A DNA stretch of 62,211 nt, counting the filler, from Actinomycetota bacterium (GTDB taxonomy: Bacteria > Actinomycetota > Actinomycetes > JAKEEW01): the NCBI GenBank assembly GCA_046725875.1. It is 5 parts of 5 records of this genome, joined end to end, with 100 filler letters (N's around TTAATTAATTAA, not from the genome) between each part and the next. Parts side by side here need not be neighbours in the genome. Positions count along the whole stretch, not along the records: positions 1 to 24,650 come from JBKOZJ010000115.1; positions 24,751 to 35,582 come from JBKOZJ010000117.1; 3 more parts are not named here. The stretch is one strand, 5' to 3'. This document shows positions 20,257-30,803 of this stretch, one piece after another; the stretch's first letter is position 1, and every line of letters begins with the position of its first letter. The notes under the pieces are model-generated. The model ran no database searches and was not told where the DNA came from. It saw nothing but the letters and a program-made list of their open reading frames with translations. The position numbers and the translations under genes are program-made.

Positions 20257-21369
20257 GTGGCGCACGTCGTTGAGGTACGTGACCTCGTCAAGGAGTTCGA
20301 TGGCGGCCGGGTTCGCGCGATCGACGACGTGAACCTCGCCACCGAGGAGGGCGAGTATCTCGTCCTCCTCGGGCCGTCCGGTTGTGGGAAAACGACGCTG
20401 CTGCGCACCGTCGCAGGCCTGGAGCAGCCCACCAACGGCGACGTGCTAATCGGTGGGCACGTGGTCACCGGGCTGCCGCCGCGGGCCCGCAAGATTGCCA
20501 TGGTGTTTCAGAGCTACGCGCTCTATCCGCACAAGACGGTCCGCGCAAACATCCTCTTCCCGCTGCGTGCGGAAGGGATGGACAAGGCTGAGCGGGCCCG
20601 CAAGGTCCAATGGGCCGCCGAGCTGCTCAGCATCGGCGACCTTCTCGACCGCCGCCCCCGCCAGTTGTCCGGCGGCGAGCGGCAGCGGGTCGCGCTGGCT
20701 CGAGCTCTGGTGCGCGAGCCGCAAGTCTTCCTGCTGGACGAACCGCTGTCGAACCTGGACGCGAAACTGCGCGCCGCCGCCCGGGACGAGCTCAAGCGCT
20801 TCCAGCAGCGGGTCGGCACCACGACGATCTATGTCACCCACGACCAAGCCGAGGCGATGGGCCTCGGTGACCGGATCGCCGTACTCGATTCGGGCCGGGT
20901 CCGGCAGGTCGGCCCGCCGACCGAGGTGTACGACGACCCTGCGGACACCTTCGTCGCGACGTTCATCGGGTCGCCGCCGATGAACCTCGTCCCGCGCGAC
21001 GGCACCCTGATCGGCTTCCGCCCGGAGCACCTGCTGCCGATCGAGGACATCGCGAGTGGTCTCGGTTGGCAGCCGGGCGCGGATCGGCCGGGCAGAACGC
21101 AGTCCGGCGATACCGACCCCGGTCCTGGGCGAGTCACGATGCCGCTCAAGGTAGACCGGGTGGAATACCTCTCCGGCGACCGGCACGTCTACGGGATGGT
21201 CAGCGAGATAGGCGCGGAGACCCGAGTCATTGCCCGGCTGCCGTCCACCGTTTCCACCCCGATCGAGGCGGGCGAGACCCACGAGTTCGCCGTCGCCGAG
21301 CAGCGGCTGCGGTTCTTCGACGCCGACGCCGGCGAGCGGACCGAGCCAGTCCGGCTGGGGAGTGCCTGA
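20257..21369 (+). CDS. ABC transporter ATP-binding protein (MalK-like)
   Basis: GPSGCGKT, VFQSYALYPH, LSGGERQR, LLDEPLSNLD, YVTHDQ. Confidence 0.95.
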   Translation: MAHVVEVRDLVKEFDGGRVRAIDDVNLATEEGEYLVLLGPSGCGKTTLLRTVAGLEQPTNGDVLIGGHVVTGLPPRARKIAMVFQSYALYPHKTVRANILFPLRAEGMDKAERARKVQWAAELLSIGDLLDRRPRQLSGGERQRVALARALVREPQVFLLDEPLSNLDAKLRAAARDELKRFQQRVGTTTIYVTHDQAEAMGLGDRIAVLDSGRVRQVGPPTEVYDDPADTFVATFIGSPPMNLVPRDGTLIGFRPEHLLPIEDIASGLGWQPGADRPGRTQSGDTDPGPGRVTMPLKVDRVEYLSGDRHVYGMVSEIGAETRVIARLPSTVSTPIEAGETHEFAVAEQRLRFFDADAGERTEPVRLGSA

Positions 21370-22271
21370 TGGCGGCCGTGGCCGGCCGGCGGCGGCTCGC
21401 CGACCGCGACGGCCTGCTCGCCTGGCTCTTCCTCATGCCGTCGGTGATCTACATCGTCGCCCTGGTCGCCGTGCCCTTCGGCTTGGCGATCGCGTTCGCC
21501 TTGTCCGACGTGACCGCCGGCGACCCGTCCTACGACTGGGTAGGGCTCCGGAACTTCCGCAGGATCTTCGACGACCCGGTCTTCTGGACCTCTCTACGCA
21601 ACACGTTCGTCTTCACCGCGATCTCGATGGCGCTCATCGTCGTGCTCGGGAAGATCCTGGCCAACATCTTGATCGCCGACATTCGAGGCAAGTGGCTGCT
21701 GCGTTTCCTCGTACTCCTGCCGTGGGTCACTCCGGTGGCGCTGTCCGCGATCGCCTGGCTGTGGATGCTGGACTCCATCTACTCACCGATCGACTGGGTG
21801 CTGCGGCAGCTCGGGCTTCTCGACGACAACATGTACTGGCTCGGCCGGCCACACCTCGCCATGGCCTCGGTTATAGCCGTCCACGTGTGGCGGCTCACCC
21901 CGTTGGCCGCCGTCATCGTGATGGCGGGGCTGGTCGCGATCCCGCGAGACATCGAGGAGGCGGCGCGGGTGGACGGCGCCGGTTTCTGGCGGCGCATGTT
22001 CGAAGTCACCATCCCGCTCACTCTGCCGATCATCGCCGTGGCGGCGCTGTTCGGTGCCATCCTCACCTTCACCGACATGACCGTCGTGTACGTACTGACC
22101 CGGGGCGGTCCCACCAACGCCACTCAGGTACTGACGAGCTGGGCGTTCATCCGTGGCATCGAAGGCGGTGACGTCGGTCAGGGTGCAGCGCTCGCGCTCT
22201 TCCTCTTCCCGTTGCTACTCGCCGCCGCGATCGCGATCCTGCGCGCGGTCCGCCGGATGGACGTGCAGTGA
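21369..22271 (+). CDS. ABC transporter permease (MalF-like)
   Basis: TM helices, EAA motif EEAARVDGA; ATG overlaps upstream stop (TGATG). Confidence 0.93.
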   Translation: MAAVAGRRRLADRDGLLAWLFLMPSVIYIVALVAVPFGLAIAFALSDVTAGDPSYDWVGLRNFRRIFDDPVFWTSLRNTFVFTAISMALIVVLGKILANILIADIRGKWLLRFLVLLPWVTPVALSAIAWLWMLDSIYSPIDWVLRQLGLLDDNMYWLGRPHLAMASVIAVHVWRLTPLAAVIVMAGLVAIPRDIEEAARVDGAGFWRRMFEVTIPLTLPIIAVAALFGAILTFTDMTVVYVLTRGGPTNATQVLTSWAFIRGIEGGDVGQGAALALFLFPLLLAAAIAILRAVRRMDVQ

Positions 22272-22325
22272 GGCACCCCACGATGGCACCCCGGCGGCCG
22301 AGCGCAGCGGATTGGAGCTAGCGCG

Positions 22326-23219
22326 GTGACGACAGGTGTATTGACCGATGCTCAGGCCGCGCGCCTGCGCGGGCGCTACGCCCGGCGGCACGTCCTAGCG
22401 CGCATCGGCGTTTACCTCGCCGCGATCGTGGCCGCACTGGTGTGCGCAGCACCGTTCCTGTGGAGCCTGATCACCGCGTTTAAGCAGAATCGGGACCTCT
22501 ACAACGTGGAGAACAACCCGTTCGTCTTCAACCGCCCCGCCGTCTCCGACCACGTGCTCTTCCTGCTGCGTGATACACCGTTCCTCACCTTCGTCTGGAA
22601 CACCGTATGGGTCGGTCTATGGGTGGTCGCGATCACCCTGGCGCTCGGCCTCCCGGCTGCGTACGCGCTGGCCCGTCTCGACCGGCCGTGGTCGGCGCCG
22701 ATGGCGATCGGGATCTTCCTCGTCTATCTCGTGCCGCCGTCGCTGCTCTTTTTGTCGCTGTCCCGGATCGTCGTCGCGCTCGGCCTGCAGGACAACAGCT
22801 GGTCGCTCGTGTTGGTCTACCCAACGATCACGATCCCGGTGTCGGTCTGGCTGCTCTTCGGCTTCCTCAAGGGCATCCCCAAGGACATTGAGGAGCAAGC
22901 GATGGTCGACGGCTACAGCCGGCTCGGTGCATTCATCCGTACGGTCGTGCCGCTCGCGTTCCCCGGCATCATCGCGGTGGTGGTTTTCGCCTTTACACTG
23001 ACGGCGAGCGAGTTCATCTACGCGCTTGCATTCATCTCGCCGAGCTCGGAAAAGGTCGTCAGCACGGGCGTGCCGACCGAGCTGGTGCGCGGCGACGTGT
23101 TTTTCTGGCAGTCCCTCCAGGCGGCCACGGTCCTGGTGGCCGTGCCGGTGGCGGCGGTGTTCACCCTCTTCCTCGACCGTTTCGTCTCCGGCTTCACGAT
23201 GGGCGCCGTCAAGGGCTGA
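22326..23219 (+). CDS. ABC transporter permease (MalG-like)
   Basis: TM helices, IPKDIEEQAMVDG, C-terminal GAVKG. Confidence 0.93.
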   Translation: MTTGVLTDAQAARLRGRYARRHVLARIGVYLAAIVAALVCAAPFLWSLITAFKQNRDLYNVENNPFVFNRPAVSDHVLFLLRDTPFLTFVWNTVWVGLWVVAITLALGLPAAYALARLDRPWSAPMAIGIFLVYLVPPSLLFLSLSRIVVALGLQDNSWSLVLVYPTITIPVSVWLLFGFLKGIPKDIEEQAMVDGYSRLGAFIRTVVPLAFPGIIAVVVFAFTLTASEFIYALAFISPSSEKVVSTGVPTELVRGDVFFWQSLQAATVLVAVPVAAVFTLFLDRFVSGFTMGAVKG

Positions 23220-23322
23220 TCCGGCGAGCCGGGTCTCCGCGGTAGCACGGGGTCCTTCCAGCAAAGATCGCTCAGCACGTGTTCGGCGGGAGCGTCGCGG
23301 TCTGTCGGCGTGGCGCGCCAGT

Positions 23323-23721
23323 ATGGATGTCGTGCTGATGCCACCGCAGCTGACCATCTCGCTGCTGCCGGACCAGTTCGTCATCTGCCGGCTGCCGGGT
23401 GATGCGGCACCGCCCCCGATCGTCGCCGGCGGTCCGTTCTACTCGGTTACTGCTAACGCCGACGAGATCTCCATCGTCTGCCGGGCGTCCGATGCTCCGA
23501 CGGGCGCGACGGTGGAGCCGGGGTGGCGGGCGTTCGTCATCGAGGGACCGCTGGACTTCAGCCTGGTTGGCGTACTGAACTCGATGCTCACACCGTTGGT
23601 GAGCGCGAAGGTGCCGGTCTTCGCCATGTCCACGTACACGACGGATTACGTGCTTGTCCGCGAGCACGACGTTCGGCCCGCCACCACCGCGCTCAAGATC
23701 GCGGGCCACACCGTTCGCTAG
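23323..23721 (+). CDS. ACT domain-containing protein (CASTOR/ACT_7 type)
   Basis: DEISIVC, GPLDFSLVGVL, FAMSTYTTDYVLV; start 23323 or 23338. Confidence 0.85.
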   Translation: MDVVLMPPQLTISLLPDQFVICRLPGDAAPPPIVAGGPFYSVTANADEISIVCRASDAPTGATVEPGWRAFVIEGPLDFSLVGVLNSMLTPLVSAKVPVFAMSTYTTDYVLVREHDVRPATTALKIAGHTVR

Positions 23722-23738
23722 GCCCGCGCCGCCAGAAC

Positions 23739-24377
23739 TCATTTGGCATCAGGCGTCCGGACATACTCGCGCTCCGGGTCGTACGCGATCGTCGGATTCC
23801 CGTCCACGAGCAGTTTGGCGCGCTCCCAGGTGCGCTGGTCTGTGATAAAGCTCGCTTCGGCTCGGACCCAGTCGTTCCAGAGACGCACCAAGTCGTGTCG
23901 CATCTCGCCACCGTTCTCCGCGATGTCACGTTCCAGCCCACGGGTAAGCCCGGCGCGAACACTGACCTCGAGCCAGATCGTGTAAGCCAGGAACGACGCC
24001 AGCTCGCGCCGTCCGGCACCGACTCCCTCGAGGATCAGTACGTCAGCGGGCTGGACGAGGACCAACTTCGCGGCCGACCGGGTGCGCCAGTCGTAGACGC
24101 TGTGCTCGCCGGATTCTCCGCGGCCCAACGGCTCGAGCACCCCGCGGGTCAGCGCGGGCGTCCAGCCGAAGAAATCCTCGTGCGACGCCAGGTCGTCGGT
24201 ATGCAGTCCCTCGACCGAGGCGCCGCCGGCTTTGACCGCGCCGGCCAGTCGTCTCGCGAAGGTCGTCTTTCCCGATCCGGCGCGCCCGTCGACAGCGACG
24301 ACGCGGGTCCGGCCGGCGGAGGGCGGCAGCCCGAGCACCCGTGCCGCGAGCACGCCGTAGGCCTCCACGACCAACAT
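23739..24377 (-). CDS. Uridine kinase-like P-loop kinase
   Basis: VAVDGRAGSGKTT, HTDD, YDW, LILEGVGA. Confidence 0.85.
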   Translation of the reverse strand: MLVVEAYGVLAARVLGLPPSAGRTRVVAVDGRAGSGKTTFARRLAGAVKAGGASVEGLHTDDLASHEDFFGWTPALTRGVLEPLGRGESGEHSVYDWRTRSAAKLVLVQPADVLILEGVGAGRRELASFLAYTIWLEVSVRAGLTRGLERDIAENGGEMRHDLVRLWNDWVRAEASFITDQRTWERAKLLVDGNPTIAYDPEREYVRTPDAK

Positions 24378-24461
24378 GGCATGGACGCTATCCGACGACG
24401 ACCGGACGCCAGGCCTGACCGGTTAGCCTGACCGGACGTTCGTCCACGATAAGGAATACCT

Positions 24462-24650
24462 GTGACCGGACTGCTTGACGGGATCGTCGTACTGGACCTC
24501 TCCCGAGCCCTTGCGGGCCCGCACGCCGCGATGATGCTCGGCGACCTCGGTGCCCGAGTGATCAAAGTCGAGTCGCCGGATGGCGACGACTCGCGACATT
24601 GGGGCCCGCCGTTCGTTGGACAGCCGGACGCTCGGGAGTCGACGTATTTC
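24462..24650 (+). CDS. CaiB/BaiF (class III) CoA transferase, 5' part; continues on reversed contig 2
   Basis: [35 protein letters not shown]; 24510-24650 equals reverse complement of 35442-35582. Confidence 0.92.
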
Positions 24651-24750
24651 NNNNNNNNNNNNNNNNNNNNNNNNNNNNNNNNNNNNNNNNNNNNTTAATT
24701 AATTAANNNNNNNNNNNNNNNNNNNNNNNNNNNNNNNNNNNNNNNNNNNN
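24651..24750. other. Artificial contig spacer
   Basis: 44 N + TTAATTAATTAA (six-frame stops) + 44 N. Confidence 0.99.
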
Positions 24751-25752
24751 ACGGCCGCCCGCGGGGCTGGATGCCATGTGGACGTGGGGTTCTGGGGCGG
24801 CGCCGTCCCCGGCAACCTAGGTCGGCTCGGTGAGCTGGTCGACGCCGGCGTATTCGGAATAAAGTGCTTCCTGGCGGACTCCGGCATCGCCGAATTTCCG
24901 CCGCTCGCGGAGACCGAGCTGGCCGCCGCGCTCCACGAGGTTGCCGGGCTCGATGCGCCGCTGTTGATCCACGCCGAGGACGCCCCAGCGCTCGCCGCGG
25001 CGCCACCGCCGCATGGGCGTTCTTACCAGACCTTCCTGGCCTCGCGGCCCCCGGAGGCTGAGGACCGCGCCGTCCAGCGTGTGGCCGCACTCGCGGCCAT
25101 CACCGGCGCGCGGGTGCACATCGTCCACCTATCGAGCGCCACTTCCCTGCCGGTGTTGGCCGACGCTCGCCGAGATGAAGTACGGATCAGCGCGGAAACG
25201 TGCCCGCATTACCTGACACTGGCGGCCGACGAGATCCCGGCCGGCGCCACCGAGTACAAGTGCTGTCCGCCGATCCGGGACGCGGCGAACCGCGATGTGC
25301 TGTGGAAGGGGCTTGCGGACGGGCTGGTCGACCTGGTCGTCTCCGACCACTCGCCGTGCCCGCCGGAGCTGAAGTCGCGCGATACGGGGGATTTCGGCGC
25401 CGCCTGGGGCGGGATTTCGTCGCTCCAGCTCGGATTGCCGGTGGTTTGGACGGCGGCCAGCCAGCGCGGGCACAGGCTGGGTGACATCGTCCACTGGATG
25501 TCGGCCGGACCGGGCGCCCTCGCCGGGCTGAGCGGCAAGGGCCGGATCGCTCCGGGCGCGGACGCGGACTTCTGCGTCTTCGCCCCGGACGAGGTGTGGC
25601 AGGTGGAAGCGGCCGCGTTGCACCACCGGCATCCGGTGACACCGTACGCAGGCCGGCAGTTGACCGGCCGGGTCCGCTCGACCTGGCTGCGCGGCGTCCC
25701 GGTTGATTTCGAGACACCGCGCGGCCGCCTCCTCGCCCGAGGACGCCCATGA
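24751..25752 (+). CDS. allB: Allantoinase, 5'-truncated by contig edge
   Basis: VDVGFWGGAVPGN, GIKCFL, HAED, HIVHLS, ETCPHYL, KCCPPIR, SDHSP; adjacent to allantoicase. Confidence 0.92.
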   Translation, partial: TAARGAGCHVDVGFWGGAVPGNLGRLGELVDAGVFGIKCFLADSGIAEFPPLAETELAAALHEVAGLDAPLLIHAEDAPALAAAPPPHGRSYQTFLASRPPEAEDRAVQRVAALAAITGARVHIVHLSSATSLPVLADARRDEVRISAETCPHYLTLAADEIPAGATEYKCCPPIRDAANRDVLWKGLADGLVDLVVSDHSPCPPELKSRDTGDFGAAWGGISSLQLGLPVVWTAASQRGHRLGDIVHWMSAGPGALAGLSGKGRIAPGADADFCVFAPDEVWQVEAAALHHRHPVTPYAGRQLTGRVRSTWLRGVPVDFETPRGRLLARGRP

Positions 25753-25780
25753 GCGGCGTGGTGGGGGGAGGACAAAGACG

Positions 25781-26839
25781 GTGAGCACCTTCGCCTGGCT
25801 TCCGGATCTCGCCTCGCGGCGGCTCGGTGGGAGCGTCGTCTACGCGACCGACGAGTTCTTTGGAGCGAAGGAGAACCTCATCAAGCCGGAGCCACCCGCC
25901 TTCACCCCGGACACGTTCGGCCCGAAGGGCCAGGTCTACGACGGCTGGGAGACGCGCCGGCACGCGCCCGACCATGACTACGCGATCGTCCGGCTCGGAA
26001 TGCCGGGCATCGTCCGCGGCATCGTTGTGGACACGGCCTACTTCACCGGCAACTATCCACCTGAGGTATCCGTCGAGGGGCTCGACGTCGGTGACCCATC
26101 GGGCCCGACTGAATCGGCGGCGGCAATACCTGCCGGATCCTCCGTCGTCAGTGTCTTGGACGGTATCTCGGCGTGGGCCCTGCGCCAGCGATCTGACTGG
26201 TTCGCGCTTGTTCCGCGGTCTTCGATGTCGGGTGATGCACGGGCCGAGTTCGAGGTAGCCGGCAAGCAGCGGGTTACGCACGTGCGGCTGTCGATCTACC
26301 CCGATGGCGGCGTGGCCAGGCTGCGCGTGCACGGCGAGGTAGTGCGGAGTCCGCTCGCCTTCGCGCTTGGGATCGGAGACCTCGCGGCGCTGGAGAACGG
26401 CGGCCTCGTGGTCGATGCCAGCGACGGGTTCTACGGTTCGCCGCAGAACCTCCTCGCTCCCGGGCCGGCGCGCACGATGGGCGAGGGTTGGGAGACTCGA
26501 CGCCGTCGAGACCGTGGGCACGACTGGGTTGTCGTACGGCTGGCTACGCGCGGAGCGATCCGCCTCGTCGAACTCGATACGACAAACTTCGTCGGGAACG
26601 CCCCAGAGTCCGCCGCCCTCCACGGCGCGGACCTGTCCACTGACAACGAGGACACCGAGCGAAATCCGGCCGGCGACGCTGCGTGGTGGATCCCGCTGCT
26701 GGCAAGCACCGCGTTGCAGCCCGACACCCGCCACCGCTTCCTCATGCCGGACGCTTCACCGGCGACCCACGTTCGGCTCGACATATTCCCCGACGGCGGT
26801 GCCTCGCGCCTCCGCCTGTGGGGTGCGCCAACGCCTTGA
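25781..26839 (+). CDS. alc: Allantoicase
   Basis: Two repeats with DGWETRR/GEGWETRRRR and IYPDGGVARLR/IFPDGGASRLR; GTG after GGAGG. Confidence 0.93.
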   Translation: MSTFAWLPDLASRRLGGSVVYATDEFFGAKENLIKPEPPAFTPDTFGPKGQVYDGWETRRHAPDHDYAIVRLGMPGIVRGIVVDTAYFTGNYPPEVSVEGLDVGDPSGPTESAAAIPAGSSVVSVLDGISAWALRQRSDWFALVPRSSMSGDARAEFEVAGKQRVTHVRLSIYPDGGVARLRVHGEVVRSPLAFALGIGDLAALENGGLVVDASDGFYGSPQNLLAPGPARTMGEGWETRRRRDRGHDWVVVRLATRGAIRLVELDTTNFVGNAPESAALHGADLSTDNEDTERNPAGDAAWWIPLLASTALQPDTRHRFLMPDASPATHVRLDIFPDGGASRLRLWGAPTP

Positions 26840-27277
26840 CCGGTGTTGCCGTCGCGCCGCGTGACAAGGCCGATTAGCGGGAGCTCGATCGGTCATCCGG
26901 GCGCGGCGATGGCGCCGGGATGACCGCCCAATTCGGCACGCCGAGACCGCTTGCGGCGTCGTATCCGGCGGACGCCTAGGCCGGCCGAGGTTGGCCACGG
27001 CTCAACCCTGCGCCGCCGGCCGCAGCGGAGCCGTACACCAAGTCGTTCCACACGACCTCGGAGGTCCGGGGATTTCCGCCGCCGAGGGTGAGCCGCGTGC
27101 CGCCGACGGGGGCCGGTCGCCCGCCCTTCGCACCGGGGCGACTATGGCGAGATAAGCGCCCTCGGGCCGGTCAGCCTGCCCGTGACGGCACCCGCGGCGG
27201 CCTGAAACGGCAGCCGCAGCAACTCGGCGAGCGCCACATCGACGGTGTCTTGGGCTAAAGAGCTCACCGCGCGACCT

Positions 27278-28315
27278 CTAGATGAAGTCGGGTTTGCCGG
27301 CCGGGAGAGTGAAGCGGAAGGCGGCGCCTCCCGACCGGGAGGAGCCGACGGTCACCGAACCGCCGTGAGCTTCGACGAGGCCCTTGACGATGTAGAGGCC
27401 GAGCCCGGTACCGCCCGCGTGGCGTCTGCTTCCCCGCCAGAATTTGCTGAAGACCCGTTCGGACAGTTCCTGCGGGATACCGACGCCTTCGTCGCTGATG
27501 GTGACCGCGACGCCGTCGTGCCAGGGCTCCAGCCCGATGTCGATGACGCCGGCGCCGTGGCGGACGGCGTTCTCCAAGAGGTTCCCGATTACCTGGTCGA
27601 TCTTGTCGGGGTCGAGCCAGGTCTCGGGGAGCTCGCCCGTCACGTCGATCGCGAACTGGTCCGCTGGGTGCCCGCCGGCGACCAGGCTTGCGAGCTGGCG
27701 CTGGACCGCCGCCGGAAGGTCGACCACCTGGCGGTGGAGCTGGAGCCGGCCGGAGTCGATGCGGGCGATGTCGAGCAGCTCGGTGATCAGCCGGGTGAGC
27801 CGGTTGGCGTCGGCGTCGACCGTCTCCAGCATGAGGCGCCGCTGGGCGTCGGTGAACCGTGACCACTTGCCGAGCAGGGTCGCCGTGAACCCCTTCACGC
27901 TGGTGAGCGGCGAGCGCAGTTCGTGCGCCACGGTGGCGATGAGCTCCGCACTGTCGCGGTCCAGCCGCTCTCTCGCGCTGTTGGAGCGCAGCGACACAAC
28001 GAGCCGGACGACCCGCCCAAGCGGCCGAGGTCGTACATATCGTGCGGCCACGAGCAGCACCCGCCCGCCTGGCATCGCCAGGGCGCGTTCGGGCTGGCTC
28101 GTCCGGGTCGGCAGCCCGGAGTACGGCCTGGTGCACCTCCACCACGACCGGCCATGGTCGTCGAAGAGCGGGAGTACCTCCTCGATGTGCCGACCGATCG
28201 CGTCGGGAACGGCACACCCGACAAGCCGCGCCGCCGGGCGGTTCATCATGATGATTCGGCCGTCCTCGTCGGCGACGACCACACCGTCAGGGAGTTCCTC
28301 CAGGCCGACCTGCAC
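27278..28315 (-). CDS. PAS-domain sensor histidine kinase (no adjacent response regulator)
   Basis: AHELRSPLT H-box, NLLENAVRH, DEGVG, GGTGLGL; GTG 28315 after GGGAGG. Confidence 0.92.
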   Translation of the reverse strand: MQVGLEELPDGVVVADEDGRIIMMNRPAARLVGCAVPDAIGRHIEEVLPLFDDHGRSWWRCTRPYSGLPTRTSQPERALAMPGGRVLLVAARYVRPRPLGRVVRLVVSLRSNSARERLDRDSAELIATVAHELRSPLTSVKGFTATLLGKWSRFTDAQRRLMLETVDADANRLTRLITELLDIARIDSGRLQLHRQVVDLPAAVQRQLASLVAGGHPADQFAIDVTGELPETWLDPDKIDQVIGNLLENAVRHGAGVIDIGLEPWHDGVAVTISDEGVGIPQELSERVFSKFWRGSRRHAGGTGLGLYIVKGLVEAHGGSVTVGSSRSGGAAFRFTLPAGKPDFI

Positions 28316-28392
28316 GCGGCACCTCCCGCGGGGGCGGCGGCACAGGCGTGGACGGCCCGGCCGACTCCCCCGTACACGGACGGCGACCCAGA

Positions 28393-29301
28393 CTAGTGCC
28401 CTCCACGGGGCGACGTCTGCTGGTGAGCTGCTCGCTGTGATCGAGCCGATGCATAGAGACAGACCGCGGCGGCGGCGGCAAGGTTGAGGCTTTCGGCCCG
28501 GCCGTGGATCGGGATGCGCACCACCGCATCGGCGAGGGCAAGCGTCTCCGCCGGCAAGCCCCAGGCCTCGTTGCCGAGCACCCATGCGGTCGGCGCTGCC
28601 AGGTCGCCGGCGTCGAGGACGGCGTCCAGGTCACGCTCCCCGCGCCCGTCCGCTGCGAGAACCTGGATCCCGGCTCGCCGAAGCGTGGCCACCGCGCTCG
28701 TCGGCGGGACGCCCACAACGACCGGGAGGTGAAAGATGCTTCCCGCCGTCGCGCGCACGCATTTGGGGTTGTACGGGTCCACCGATCCTTCGGTGAAGAC
28801 GACTGCGTCGGCGCCGGCGGCGTCCGCAGCCCGGATGATGGTCCCGGCATTGCCGGGGTCGCGCACCTTTGCGAGTACGGCAACCAGCCGGGTGGCCGGC
28901 CCGATGACAGCATCGAGCGGCCGATCGACGAAACGGCAGACCGCAACGATTCCCTGCGGCGTAACGGTGCTCGTAACCGAGGCGAGGACGTCGCCGCTGG
29001 TCGGATGTACAACGGCGCCGGCCTTGCGGACCGTCTCGACGAGATCGTGGTGGCGACTGGCCCCTTCGGCAGTGACGAAGATTTTCTCGATCACGCCGGG
29101 CTCCGCCGCCGCCTCCCGGACAGCTTGCGGGCCCTCGGCGAGGAACCGGCGCGCACGGTCTCGGAACGCCCGCTTGAGCAGCCGACGGGCGGCCAGCACG
29201 CGTGGCGAGCGCGCCGAGGTGAGCTCGGCGCCCGGGAAACCGAACGCCCCGGTGCGGCGGCGGGCCGCCTTGTCTCGCGGGGCTGGTGGCAGGTCTGTCA
29301 C
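28393..29301 (-). CDS. TrmH/SpoU family RNA methyltransferase
   Basis: RDPGNAGTIIRAADA, LGNEAWG, ESLNLA; follows rplT. Confidence 0.93.
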   Translation of the reverse strand: MTDLPPAPRDKAARRRTGAFGFPGAELTSARSPRVLAARRLLKRAFRDRARRFLAEGPQAVREAAAEPGVIEKIFVTAEGASRHHDLVETVRKAGAVVHPTSGDVLASVTSTVTPQGIVAVCRFVDRPLDAVIGPATRLVAVLAKVRDPGNAGTIIRAADAAGADAVVFTEGSVDPYNPKCVRATAGSIFHLPVVVGVPPTSAVATLRRAGIQVLAADGRGERDLDAVLDAGDLAAPTAWVLGNEAWGLPAETLALADAVVRIPIHGRAESLNLAAAAAVCLYASARSQRAAHQQTSPRGGH

Positions 29302-29329
29302 CGGCGATGGAACCTTGCTCAGAGCGTTA

Positions 29330-29710
29330 TCAGGCTGCCGGTGCGTTGCGATCGGCGGGCAGCGCGCCTTTGGCGAGCTCGGTGAGCGCGGTGAACGCGG
29401 CCGCGTCGGTGACAGCGAGGTCGGCGAGCATCCGACGGTCGACCTCGACTCGGGCGGCCTTGAGGCCCTGGATGAATCGGTTGTAGGTCATGCCGTTTTG
29501 CCGGGCCGCCGCGTTGATGCGCTGGATCCACAGTTGACGGAAGTCGCCTTTGCGGTCCTTACGATCGCGGTAGGCATAGACGAGCGAGTGAGTGACCTGT
29601 TCCTTCGCCTTCCGGTAGAGGCGGGACCGCTGCCCGCGATAGCCGCTGGCCCGCTCGAGGGTGTCCCGGCGTTTCTTGTGGGCGTTGACCGCCCGCTTCA
29701 CGCGTGCCAC
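29330..29710 (-). CDS. rplT: 50S ribosomal protein L20
   Basis: [15 protein letters not shown]...[16 protein letters not shown]. Confidence 0.99.
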   Translation of the reverse strand: MARVKRAVNAHKKRRDTLERASGYRGQRSRLYRKAKEQVTHSLVYAYRDRKDRKGDFRQLWIQRINAAARQNGMTYNRFIQGLKAARVEVDRRMLADLAVTDAAAFTALTELAKGALPADRNAPAA

Positions 29711-29751
29711 GAAAACTCCTTCGTACGGGTGTCTTGTCTCAGCAGGTACGG

Positions 29752-29946
29752 TCAGCGGCCGAGCAGCCGCCGCGCCGTCTTGCGGTCGGCGGCCGACATC
29801 TCGACCTCATTCCAGAGGCGCCGGGTACGTCTCGACGGCTTGTGCTCGAAGTTGTGCCGGCGGTTGGCGCGGGCGCGCAGGATCTTCCCGGCTCCGGTGA
29901 TCTTGAACCGCTTGCTAGCACCGCTGTGCGTCTTGTTCTTCGGCAT
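29752..29946 (-). CDS. rpmI: 50S ribosomal protein L35
   Basis: [18 protein letters not shown]; 64 aa. Confidence 0.98.
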   Translation of the reverse strand: MPKNKTHSGASKRFKITGAGKILRARANRRHNFEHKPSRRTRRLWNEVEMSAADRKTARRLLGR

Positions 29947-30092
29947 GGCGCCGTCGTACTCCTCATGGTCGGGCACTCCGCCCCCGGTGAGGCGGCGTGT
30001 CGTCTGCACCGCCGGTCACCGGAGGAACCGTGGCGGTCTCCGGCGTCTCCGGGCGGTTTGGCGTGGGCACCCAGTCGGGTTCCCACGAAGTC

Positions 30093-30689
30093 TCAGGTAG
30101 CGGACTTCTCCGCAACGTCTCTCGGTGCGGCCTGGCCGCGGCTGCGGCGAGCCCTGGCCTCGGCCATTGCCTCGGTCTTCTTCTTGTGTGGGCCAATGAC
30201 CATGATCATGTTACGGCCGTCCTGCTTGGGTGCCGACTCGACGTAGCCGAGCTCCTGGACGTCCTCGGCGAGGCGCTGCAGCAGCCGGAAGCCGAGCTCG
30301 GGCCGGGACTGCTCGCGGCCACGGAACATGATAGTGATCTTGACCTTGTCGCCCTGCTTCAGAAACCGCTCGACGTGACCCTTCTTGGTCTCGTAATCGT
30401 GCGGGTCGATCTTCGGCCGGAGCTTCATCTCCTTGATGACGGTCTGCGCCTGGTTCTTGCGCGCCTCCCGGGCCTTGACCGCGGACTCGTACTTGAACTT
30501 TCCGAAGTCCATGAGCTTGGCCACGGGCGGGCGGGCCATCGGCGCCACCTCGACCAGGTCGAGGTCCGCCTCCTGGGCGAGCCGCAGGGCGTCCTCGATC
30601 CGGACGATGCCAACCTGCTCGCCGTTGGGACCAACGAGCCGTACCTCGGGGACGCGGATCCGGTCGTTGACACGGGGCTCGATGCTGAT
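30093..30689 (-). CDS. infC: Translation initiation factor IF-3 (probable ATC start)
   Basis: [52 protein letters not shown] at 30689. Confidence 0.97.
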   Translation of the reverse strand: MSIEPRVNDRIRVPEVRLVGPNGEQVGIVRIEDALRLAQEADLDLVEVAPMARPPVAKLMDFGKFKYESAVKAREARKNQAQTVIKEMKLRPKIDPHDYETKKGHVERFLKQGDKVKITIMFRGREQSRPELGFRLLQRLAEDVQELGYVESAPKQDGRNMIMVIGPHKKKTEAMAEARARRSRGQAAPRDVAEKSAT

Positions 30690-30769
30690 GGGGCCTCCTC
30701 GGGAAGTAATAGGTCTTGGGGCGCTCTTGGATGAGCGCACGGTGGAGTCTAGATGTGACCTCGGCAACG

Positions 30770-30803
30770 AAAAAGGCTTCCGTGCCGACGCATCACGGAA
30801 GCC
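30770..30803 (-). terminator. Intrinsic terminator/attenuator in the infC leader
   Basis: 10-bp perfect stem GGCTTCCGTG/CACGGAAGCC, 9-nt loop, then TTTTT on minus strand, ~80 nt before infC. Confidence 0.8.

Noticed and set aside
24651..24750. TTAATTAATTAA within N runs (four occurrences) and ORFs running into them
   Set aside because: Artificial six-frame-stop linker; gene adjacency across spacers is not biological
26840..27277. Short minus-strand ORF (~41 aa) downstream of the kinase
   Set aside because: No recognisable homology or convincing RBS
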